A DNA stretch of 62,152 nt, from NCBI RefSeq assembly GCF_004010195.1, contig NC_057718.1:19154686-19216837 (forward strand), given 5' to 3'. This stretch comes from Chiloscyllium plagiosum. Lineage: Eukaryota. A model generated the notes under the pieces. The model searched no databases and was not told where the DNA came from. It worked only from the letters and a program-made list of their open reading frames with translations. Of this stretch, positions 50,524 to 60,695 are shown piece by piece. Position 1 is the stretch's first letter. Every line of letters begins with the position of its first letter. The translations under genes were made by a program, and so were the position numbers.

Positions 50524-50719
50524 GTGCAGATTCACTTCAGTTGTGCATTGTGCAGCTTTAGGCCAATTCCCCAGGGGTAGAATAACTAGTTGTGACCCAA
50601 GGTACAATCAGCCTCTGGAGAATCAATATATCTTGCATAGTGCCTCTCAAAGTGACACCACACAATCAAACCTTTCCCACCTTGGGCCACATTTGTCACT
50701 GGGGACAGGGTTTACACAT

Positions 50720-51012
50720 CGCACAGAATCCCTAAGTACAGATAGAGGTGACTTCGCCCATTGAGCCTGCATTGACCATCCAAAGAGTATCCCACTTACC
50801 CCCATCCCCATAACCCCGGCCAATCCATCTAGCCTGCAGACTACAGGCTAATTAACCTAACATGCATATCTTTGAACTGTGAGAGGAAACTGGAGCACCC
50901 AGTAGTAACTCACGCAGACATAAGGAGAATGTGCAAACTCCACACAGTCACCCAAGGTGGGAATCGAACCTTGGTCCCAGGTGCTGTGAGGTAACAGTGT
51001 TAACCATTGAGC
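50720..51012 (-). mobile_element. HE1 V-SINE, old
   Basis: gaggaaactggagcaccc...tgcaaactccacacag...gctgtgagg. Confidence 0.8.
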
Positions 51013-52841
51013 AATAGTTGCACATATCTCTCAGTGTAAACATCAGTGCCAAGCACTTTCCCATTTGGCCAGCTAACCATGCAGCTACTGGGCTTTTAGT
51101 TGGTTTGAGGAAACCACTGGGAAATCAGAGTGCTGGCACCTGTCTTGTCTGAGTGGCACCACTGAGAGTGATGGCCACAGCTTCCAGGGTATGAGAAGCC
51201 ATTGTTCAATACAGTCACTCATCTATTACCGTTAATTCTTTGTGTGCCAATGAATTGTCACAAACCCAAGTAATGTCCAGGAGGCACAATAGCTGTGCTG
51301 CGGAGAAACAAGATTTGAATCCTTGTTCGTGGCATCTCACATGCTAAGGAGGCTGATTCGGCCTCGCAAAAGAGGTGGTCACAGAGAGTCCTGTCTTTAA
51401 AACAGCAAGGTGGGGAAGACAGACGGGAAACAGACTTTGGGGTGCAGGCTGCCCATCAAGGTGGCACCTTCCCATTCCCCAGCTTGGTGCCGAGGTTCAC
51501 CAAGTTTTCCCTGGCAGCCTTGTTCCCCAGGCGATCACGCCACATACGCTTCCTCTACTGTCGGTAAAGTTGCAGTGGAGCAGAGGAGGACAGGTACGCC
51601 ATTTTAAAGTATGAGCATACCTCTCCTCCTTTGCCAACCACCTACCCGCTGCTCCCCCTCCCAGTCAAAGGGAGGGCTAGAAAATTCCATGCTTGGTGCT
51701 TACTCACAGGTATCCAGGATCACAGCAAGTTATTAGGCACTAAATAATGAATAACTCATATCAAATATTGAAAACTGCAGCCAATACCCAAATAATCATT
51801 CACGAGAAAGAAATAAACAGTCTAAAATTTGGTATCTAAAACCCAAAGAATAATGCCCATTTTACTGTATAAAACGCCAATTACCAACAACCAGCACAAA
51901 ATATCCATTTACCAACAACCTGTAGCCATCTCCCAGGATCCCAGCTCCAACCCCCAGCATCCTTGTGCACTGCACAGATCCAAAAACCGAAATTTTGAAG
52001 GAGAGTCATCGTCGGCTCAAAACATGAACTCTATTTTTCTCTCCACAAATGGTGCCACACCAGTGCTTTTCCAGCACTTCCTGTGTTTGAACCAACATTG
52101 AGTATGATGCAGAGGATCCGCAGAGTGATCGGCAGCATACACGGGCCGCAGATGAGTTTTCTGAAGGCTTCTGAAAAAGGAACAAGGATCCTTGGGGTGC
52201 AGGAGTTTAAGGAGAAGTTGCAGAGAGCGGTCCTGAAGAGTTGATGTCTATGCCACCAACAATGAGATGATAGAATACATTAATGGCCAAAATTGGAGGA
52301 TGGAAAGGTGACAAAGAATACATGAAACGAGAGAAGGCTAAATACATTAGATCAGATGAGGCAATGGAATGAATATGAGGAAAATCAATTCTGATTTCTC
52401 GCCACAGATGCTGCCAGACCTACTAAAACTTTCCAACAATTTCTGATGTTGTTTCTGGTTTCCAGCATCCACAGAGCTTTTGGTTTTTTACTCAATCTGC
52501 TGCATTAAATGTAAAACCCCCAGAGTACAAGACTCAATATCCAGTATTGAATCTCCAACACACACAATGCTCTATATTCATTTTCAGACATCCAGCACAC
52601 AGACCAACATTCAGTCTCCAGAATTGAATACCTAATGCCTACGCTCCAACAGTCAATATCTAATATTGAATACCCAAAACATAACATTGGACAAACAATT
52701 GCGAAAATTAGTAACAAATAGCCAATGCTGTCCCAGACTAAAAGTCATGCACTCAATCTCTGTCAGATCTATCTTGGTAGAATGCAAAAATCTATGAAAT
52801 GAAAATTGGCTAATTTGGTTCAGAGGAAGTAGGTGACTTAC

Positions 52842-52884
52842 ATTCCTCATGTCCAAGCACTAAAGAATGGTACAATTCAAACAA
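52842..52884 (-). other. Candidate 43-nt exon (only open frame LFELYHSLVLGHEE, phase 0 to 1)
   Basis: Acceptor ttttcatttcag and donor T/gtaagtc in unique sequence. Confidence 0.45.
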
Positions 52885-53645
52885 CTGAAATGAAAATTGA
52901 CTTTTTTGCTGTTTACTTCCAAGAAAGCCTAAATAGATTACATACAGTTGAGAAGACACAATGAATATGTTACTATAAAATCTACAAATTTTACTCACAG
53001 CATTTGAACAGCACATCAGAAGCAGAATTCTACTTGTCTTATTCATTTCACTAATTCAGTCTCTTAAAATGGCAGAGAATTCATCATCATCCCTGCACTT
53101 TATAACAAGATAAGTCAGAATACCAACATCTGGTCATCTGATTGATTAGCTCATACTTACATATATAATCCAATAGGCAGAGCCAAAATATCAGCTAGCT
53201 GATTGGGCTGTCTAATTTTAGGATGCCCTTCAGTTATTCAGTTTTAAAAGAGTTTTCCCAATATGTTTCAGAAATGGTGCTGAGCATTATATGTGAACAT
53301 TCCTTTTTAATTGTTCTCCCAACATAAGCTATTCTTTAGGGCCATTAAAGTCATAATGGATTCCTGATCTGCTGTTAAAAATGGTTGTTTGGTAATAGAG
53401 AACTTGAGTATTTCTGAGAAAAGACAAATGATGTTGAGGCATTTTTTCGGTCTTGCATTAATCAAGACAATTCACAAGAAAGTCATTATGAAGGGAAACT
53501 ACATGTTCTATTTATGAGCTGATTGATTGAGAGGTAAACTCTGCTTGACAGAGGCATTGCCATGGAGAATATAAATGTTAGGTGATGACTGGCTAATAAG
53601 TGCCATGCTTTGTTTAAATTTAAACCAGGCAGGTTGATTCTGATT

Positions 53646-53845
53646 AGTTAAGGCACCCATTTTATTTAGTAGAGAAAGGTACAGAGTGTGTACACATTCT
53701 TCCTATCGGCAAAGAAAAGGATCCTGTGTGGGTAGCTGTGGGAGTCGGTAGGTTTGTAGTAGTTAAGGCACCCATTTTATTTAGTAGAGAAAGGTACAGA
53801 GTGTGTACACATTCTTCCTATCGGCAAAAAAAAGGATCCCGTGTG
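53646..53845 (+). repeat. 85 bp direct repeat pair (53646-53730, 53761-53845) around a 30 bp spacer
   Basis: agttaaggcacccatttt...aaggatcc.gtgtg occurs twice with two mismatches. Confidence 0.93.
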
Positions 53846-53894
53846 TTAATATAAATAGTATCTGAAATAACTCCCATCACCAAGTCACCCTTTA

Positions 53895-54112
53895 AAAAAA
53901 GAACATAAGAAATTGGAGCAGGAGTAGGCCACTTGGCCCCTTGAGCCTGCTCTGCCATTCGATAAGGTCATGGCTGATCTCTTCATGGACTCAGCTCCAC
54001 TTACCCACTCACTCCCCATAACCTCTAATTACTTGACTGTTCTAAAATCTATTTATCTTTGCCTTAAAAACATATAATGAGATAGCCTCATCCACTTCCC
54101 TGGTCAGGGAAC
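53895..54112 (-). mobile_element. CR1 3' tail
   Basis: agaacataagaaattggagcaggagtaggccac...ctgctctgccattc. Confidence 0.8.
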
Positions 54113-54414
54113 ATTTACACATGAACATTTTAACTGTTTTAACCAGTTGAACTTTAATCGTCTAACCAAGGTTTGGCTTTTTCTCGGGTTTTGTTGTGGG
54201 CCTACCTCTGATCAGGACATGCCCTAAGTGGCTATGCAATTGCTTGCACTCAAGTGGTGTTCCTCAAGCTCAGTCAGACTGGCAAGGGTGTCCACTTCCA
54301 TTGGAATAGCCTGAAACTCTTATGCTCCACTTGCTGCATTTTCCCAATGATAAATCGAGTTGTAGTGCCTGTTTGAAGTCCAATTGTGCTCAACTCGCAA
54401 ACATTTTTACATAG

Positions 54415-54922
54415 TGTGATGTTACAATTGGCTACAAGAGGTGTATTTTGTCCGGTTTTATTGTTGAAGTTTAAGGCAGAGGTGCAAAGCAGTCTAAGAG
54501 AGCCACTCGAGTAACCAGTTTGTAAGGCCTTGGGTTTTTTTTTAAGTAGAACGATAGAAGCAGCCTAATTGGATGTGGTCAAGCACCGACAGAACCAGGA
54601 TTTTTAGTTTTAACATTCAGCAGTTGCTGTTGGGGTCAAGAAGAAGAGGAAACTATTTTTTCCTTCTTTCAGTTACAGGCAAAAGCTGGGGGTTCTCTCT
54701 CTGCTGCTGGAGTTCAACGTGAGATAATCTGTTTACTGCATTTGTTTTTTGCCAAGGGTGTGTTTATGAGATGTTACTACATTGGAACAGTTAATTAGTA
54801 ATAGCTACTGTATATATTATTCTATTAAGTTTTCCAATAGAATTAAGTTATTCTAATTCCTTCTTCCATTTATTTTATTTAACAATAGGTGAATAAAGTG
54901 TGTTTTGCTTTAAATCCAGTGT
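54415..54922 (+). mobile_element. Partial solo LTR related to the Gmr1-like LTR at 37287
   Basis: Shared blocks atagaagcagcct, acagaaccaggattttt, gccaagggt.tgtttatg and taagttttccaatag. Confidence 0.8.
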
Positions 54923-55177
54923 AGGGATGTCACATTTTCTGTTTTCCAATCTGTCAGAATTGCCCCAGAGTACAGCACATTTTGATAAATTATCACGAGT
55001 GCATTTGCTATTTCCCCTGCCATCTCTTCTGCTACCCGGGGAGGTGCACAGTGAACACATGGCTCAGGGCCTATTTAGCTAATCTTATAGTGGGTGGAAC
55101 TATATGAATCCAGTTTATAGTGCCCAGCAAAGGTAAGCTTGTGGAAGACAATAGGTCAGAACCCCTCAGTATTTCTC

Positions 55178-56228
55178 AACTGATTAGTTCTTCGAGGAGG
55201 TGTCAAGACAGGTCGATGACAGTCAAGCAGTGGATGTGATGTATATGGACTTCAGCAAGGCATTTGATAAGGTTCCCCATGGTAGGCTCATTCATAAAGT
55301 CAGGAAGTATGGGATACAGGGCGATTTGGCCGTCTCTGGATTCAGAATTGGCTAGCTGACAGAAGGCAGAGAGTGGTTGTAGATGGAAAGTATTCTGCCT
55401 GGAGGTCAGTGTTGAGTGGGGTCCCACAGGGCTCTGTTCTTGGGCCTCTGCTCTTTGTAGTATATGACTTGGATGAGGAGGTTGAGGGGTGGGTTAGTAA
55501 GTTTGCAGATGACACAAAGGTTGGAGGCGTCGTCGATAGTATCGAGGGCTACTGCAGGCTGCAGCGTGACATAGACAGGATGCAGAGCTGGGCTGAGAAA
55601 TGGCANNNNNNNNNNNNNNNNNNNNNNNNNNNNNNNNNNNNNNNNNNNNNNNNNNNNNNNNNNNNNNNNNNNNNNNNNNNNNNNNNNNNNNNNNNNNNNN
55701 NNNNNNNNNNNNNNNNNNNNNNNNNNNNNNNNNNNNNNNNNNNNNNNNNNNNNNNNNNNNNNNNNNNNNNNNNNNNNNNNNGCTTGCCTTATGAAGAAAG
55801 GTTGAATAAGCTTGGACTTTTCTCTCTGGAGAGAAGGAGGAAGAGAGGAGTCCTGATCGAGGTGTACAAAATAATGAGAGGCATGAATAGAGTCAATAGC
55901 CAGAGACTTTTCCCCAGGGTAGGATTGACTGGTACGATGAGTCATATTTTGAAGATATTAGGAGGAAGGTATAAAGGAATCATCAGAAGTAGGTTCCTTA
56001 CACAGAGAGTTGTGAATGCATGGAATGCATTGTCAGCTGAGGTGGTGGAAGCGAAGTCATTGGGGACATTTAAGCGACTGCTGGACATGCACGTGGATCG
56101 CAGTGAGTTGAGGGGTGCGTAGGTTAAATTACTATATTTTACATTAGGATTAAGTCTCGGCACAACATCATGGAACAAAGGGTCTGTTCTGTTCTGTTCT
56201 GTACTTTTCTACGTTCTATTTTCTATGA
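55178..56228 (+). mobile_element. Young CR1 LINE, RT to 3' end, spanning gap 55606-55781
   Basis: [42 protein letters not shown] and YEERLNKLGLFSLERRR; (ttcta/g)n tail. Confidence 0.93.
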
Positions 56229-56499
56229 TACAGTTTATTTGACAGCACCATTTAAGGGAATCCACCATTCATTTAACTGTTGCAGTCTCTATGGCAATGC
56301 CTCTACCAAAACTGAACGAGTAGGAATCAGGCACCTGTCTACTTGCCAACTAGTCAGTATGCTTTGCTCATGTGGCATAAAAATACTTTCCCCATTACAT
56401 TGGCATTGTTGCAAATTATCATGATGGGTGCAAAACAAAATACCGTGACAAACTGTGTCTGCTTTCAGCATAACTTATCCTTCGTTTATTGAGTTTCCC

Positions 56500-56692
56500 C
56501 GATGCTGCTCCCACCTTTATTGTCATTGCCCACATCTACCCTCCACCCAGCCTCACCTCCACACTCCACTTATCTCCCAGCCCCATCCTCCCCCTATTCC
56601 TGATGAAGGGTTTATGCCTGAAACATTGACTGTCCTGCTCTTCCGTTGAGGCCTGACCTGCTGTGTTTTCCAGCACCACACTTTCCAACTCA
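56500..56692 (+). mobile_element. PLE family A pLTR 3' part with hammerhead core
   Basis: C-rich leader, then attc-CTGATGA-a-gggt-ttat-gcct-GAAA-catt at ~56596-56628. Confidence 0.75.
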
Positions 56693-57846
56693 CACCATAT
56701 GTTCTGTCAATGGGTGGAACAGTCTTCACTTTAAGAACTTGGACCTATGATTCATTTGACCCCCCTCCCCTTAATAAAAATATAGTAATTCATCACCAAC
56801 TCAACATCGCAATAAATCGGACATTGCTTTGGATTAACACTTAAAGCATTACCAGATTGTGAACTGAGGTGCCAAACCTTAATAAAGTTATGTATTGCCA
56901 GTTAGTCTCAGTGGAAACAAGCACAGACATGCCAACGGTGCAATTAAGACGCCATATCTTTCTGAGCCGGTACAACAAAACGATGGCCAATTACCCCCTT
57001 GGATTGAACTTACCACATTATTTTCTGACAGCATTAGTTTTTCTCAGTGACGCCTCTACGGACGCAGTGCCTCCCTGGAGCTTCAAGTGATTCATAACAA
57101 CTTTCTGCTCCTCCAACTTAGACTGACAGGCTCAAAACTGAACGAGTAGGAATCAGGCACCTGTCTGCATTCCAACCAGATGAGTCACAGAGGCATCTAT
57201 TCTTGCCTCAGGAACCACAGACAAAAAGCAGCCAGGCCAAGGTGAAATGAGAAACTTGGACAAAGTTAACATCCTGATGTTCAGGATGCCATTTTAGGCG
57301 TGAGTGAAACGTGATGAAACTCATTGAACAAACCGGAAGTGGCTGAATTAAAATTATACTGGGCCCAGTTCTCATCCCTGAGAAATTTGCCTGCACTCTC
57401 CCCAATTGAACCCATCCTAACAAGTTGAAACCTACCAAAATATCTCTTCAGATTCAGTAGATTTTGTAAATCTCTTGGTAATGGTATGTTTGCAGTGCCA
57501 ATTTACTTGTCTACACAGTTAACACATAAGCTGCTGAATATCTGGGGTGAGCTGCTGAGGAAAGTGGAGGGATTTGATAAGATAGGAGACAGCCTTTGTA
57601 GTACAGTGAAAGAATAGAAACAATCTTCATTTACATAGCACCTTTCATGATCTCAGATCATCCTAAAGCACCTTGCAGCCCAGGAAGAACATTTAAAGAG
57701 TAGTCACTGTTGTAATGAAGGTAACACGAAAGAAAACTCCAGGAGATCTGCATGAAAATAATCTCGAGTATAAACTCCACTGTTTCCAACTAAAACTCAC
57801 AGGAGACTGATCTTCAATAGCTCTATCTGTGTTGCACCTTTACCTG

Positions 57847-58325
57847 GTGTGTATGTGTGTGTGTGTGTGAGTCTGTGTCTGTGTGTGTGTGTCTGTGTCT
57901 GTGTGTGAGTGTCCCCCATATGTGTGTCTGTGTGTGTCTGTGTCTGNNNNNNNNNNNNNNNNNNNNNNNNNNNNNNNNNNNNNNNNNNNNNNNNNNNNNN
58001 NNNNNNNNNNNNNNNNNNNNNNNNNNNNNNNNNNNNNNNNNNNNNNNNNNNNNNNNNNNNNNNNNNNNNNNNNNNNNNNNNNNNNNNNNNNNNNNNNNNN
58101 NNNNNNNNNNNNNNNNNNNNNNNNNNNNNNNNNNNNNNNNNNNNNNNNNNNNNNNNNNNNNNNNNNNNNNNNNNNNNNNNNNNNNNNNNNNNNNNNNNNN
58201 TGTGTGTGTCTGTATGTGTGTGTGGGTGTCTGTGTCTGAGTGTGTGTCTGAGTGTGTGTGTCTGAGTGTGTGTGTGTGTCCCACATGTGTGTGTCTGTAT
58301 GTGTGTGTAAATGTCCTGTGTGTTG
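57847..58325. repeat. Complex (TG)n/(TGTC) microsatellite spanning gap 57947-58200
   Basis: Directly visible. Confidence 0.95.
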
Positions 58326-58877
58326 TTGAAGAAAACAATCCATGTCTAATCAGCAGACTCTGCCTGTTGATTCTCTCATGTTTCAGGGATGCTTTGGTTC
58401 GAGAGAGGAATCCCCTCTCAGGGTCTCCCCATCTGGATCCTCTCACAAGGAAAGGTCCTCCTGCTATCATGCAATAGCAAACATAACAAGCATTTGTCTT
58501 GTATTTGCTGCTCACAAACTCCTATCTCCCCAAATTTCAAATACATCCAAATGACAAACAAAAGCAGCAGCTCCACCTGACCTGAAAAACAACTCCGTTT
58601 CCTACAATATGTCTCTTCCCACATAGTGGGTGTTGCCTTAGAATTTTTTTAAAGAACAAAATCGTTTTAAGACCAGCTCAGCTTTATAAACACGATTCCT
58701 TTTCCCCTTTTTGCCACCAGTAGTTAGTTCCATGGCCAGCTTTGAACTGCTTCAGCTGTCCTGTCTGTGTTCACTAAACAGTGTCAGAGTTTCCTGGACC
58801 CTCCCTCACAATCGCCAGCCCCCATACACCACCTCAAATCAAAGCACCAGCACAAATAACGACGATGAACAACTTAC

Positions 58878-58937
58878 TTCTTCTTGTTCCCTGCTGCTTC
58901 TTGTATTCAAGCATTCGATCCAATATCTCGTCACCCT
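58878..58937 (-). other. Candidate exon (MLEYKKQQGTRR ending in phase 1, or RVTRYWIECLNTRSSREQEE in phase 0-0)
   Basis: Donor A/gtaagtt; purine-rich exon body; weak acceptor actgtag. Confidence 0.35.
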
Positions 58938-59121
58938 CTACAGTTGCCACACAGTGTGCTCCAGCCGTCTGTTATTGTAGACCAGATTCACCGAACATCA
59001 GTCCAGTACAGGGGGCCATCGATATCCTGAGCAAGCCACATCTGTGCAGAGCACTGTGCAGAGTGTTTCCAGTGGTTGTGAGCTCAACTGGCTCCAGACT
59101 GTTTGGCTAAGTGGTACTCAC

Positions 59122-59186
59122 ACTTCCTCCTATTCTTTCTTAACTTAGTTTTTCCTGCCGGCATCACAGCCTTTTCCTCTCTTTAT
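59122..59186 (-). other. Candidate first exon (MPAGKTKLRKNRRK, phase 1)
   Basis: Donor T/gtgagta; its single ATG is open to the donor. Confidence 0.35.
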
Positions 59187-59196
59187 CTATAAATAG
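59187..59196. promoter_or_regulatory. MEF2-consensus / TATA-like element
   Basis: ctataaatag matches CTA(A/T)4TAG, immediately upstream (minus sense) of the candidate exon 59122-59186. Confidence 0.3.
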
Positions 59197-59659
59197 GATG
59201 GCCACCAAAGTGTTTTTTGTTCCTCTCTAGTTTGCCTGGATTAAATAGTAAATGCAAAGGCAAGAAATGTTTTGAAAAGAAAAAGCAGAACAAAGCTTTA
59301 GCATTTTCAACTGGTCTTGACGTTTTAGGTTCAAGAAGGCAGCTCACCCCCACCTTCTCCAGGGGCAACTAGGAATGGGCAGTAAATGCTGGGCCAACCA
59401 GCGACACCCACATCCCCCGAGTGAACTCATAAAAATAAAAAAAACACCGGCATAGTTGTGAAGGAAAGGGTTGGAAAATAAATCAATGTTGGTTTGGCCA
59501 AAGAATCATCTTCCTTTCTGGGACAGACAATGGCAAATTAGCTTGCACTGATTTTTTTTTTACGTTAAATGATCACCAGGTCTTGTTTACCTATTTCTGG
59601 GATGTTTTACAATTTCCTTTGCAATGTTAGTCTAAACCAAGATATAACTCTGACGGAAC

Positions 59660-59915
59660 GAAAGCAAAGTACTGAGGATGCTGGAAATCTGAAAGTAAAA
59701 CCAGAGAATGCTGGAAAAACTCAGAGTCAAGGTCAGAGTGGTGCTGGAAAAGCACAGCAGGTCAGGCAGCCTCCGAGGAGCAGGCAAGTCGACTTTTCGG
59801 GCAAACACCCTTCATCAGGAAAAACTCAGCACTGACTCTGAGTGAAACATTAACTTTGTCTCTTCCTCCGCAGATGCTGTAAGACCTGTTGAGTTTATCC
59901 AGCAATTTCTTTTAT
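59660..59915. mobile_element. PLE family C hairpin remnant, with a family A copy nested at 59725-59817
   Basis: Inner copy flanked by ggaaaaactcag (59713-59724, 59818-59829); minus core CTGATGA-a-gggt-gttt-gccc-GAAA-a-GTC. Confidence 0.8.
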
Positions 59916-60294
59916 TATTACCCTGATGCACCTGTTTTTGAGTTTATAGTATGCCCAGTTAAAGCTTCTATGTGGTCTAGTTAGTAGAGATTCATGAAAA
60001 ATGTAATACAAACTTGTCTGAGGCTTTACAAGCAAACGTAGATCTGAACGGTTCTTAGTGCAGGATCACTCAACAGATTAAGGATGGTCACATGAGGCAT
60101 CAGTATTTGCAATGCCTTCATTTAAAAATTCTAAACTGTATTTTCAAATCCCTCCATGACCTCATTCCTTGCAATCTTTGTATTTCCGCACCGCCCCCCC
60201 CCCCTACCCACTTCCAAAACCTTTCAGAATTTTTTTCTTTCTCTTTATAAGTTCACATGGGGGTTGTGGGTGTAACTGGCTGGGCGAGCATTTA

Positions 60295-60695
60295 GAGTCA
60301 TAGAGTTATAGAGATGTACAGCATGGAAACAGGTCCAATTTGTCCCTGTCAACCAGATATCCTAACCTAATCTAGTCCCATTTTCCAGCACTTGGCCCAT
60401 ATCCCTCTTAAACCCTTCCTATTCATATACCCATCCAGATGCCTTTTAAATGTTATAATTGTACTCGTCTCCACCACTTCTGCTGGCAGCTTATTCCATG
60501 CACATACCACCCTCTGTGTGAAAAAGTTGCTCCTTAGGTCCCTTTTATATCTTGCCCCTTTCATCCTAAACCTATGTCCTGTAGCTCTGGACTCCTGTAC
60601 CCCAGGGAAAACACCTTGTCTATTTCTCCTATCCATGCCCCTCATGATTTAATAAACCTCTATAAGGTCACCCCTCAGCCTCTAATGCTCCAGGG
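60295..60695 (-). mobile_element. HER1/CR1 LINE 3' end
   Basis: Minus ORF NFFTQRVVCAWNKLPAEVVE. Confidence 0.9.

Noticed and set aside
54140..54410. Possible Gypsy gag remnant on minus (AQLDFKQALQL)
   Set aside because: Too short and degenerate to list as a supported feature without a search.
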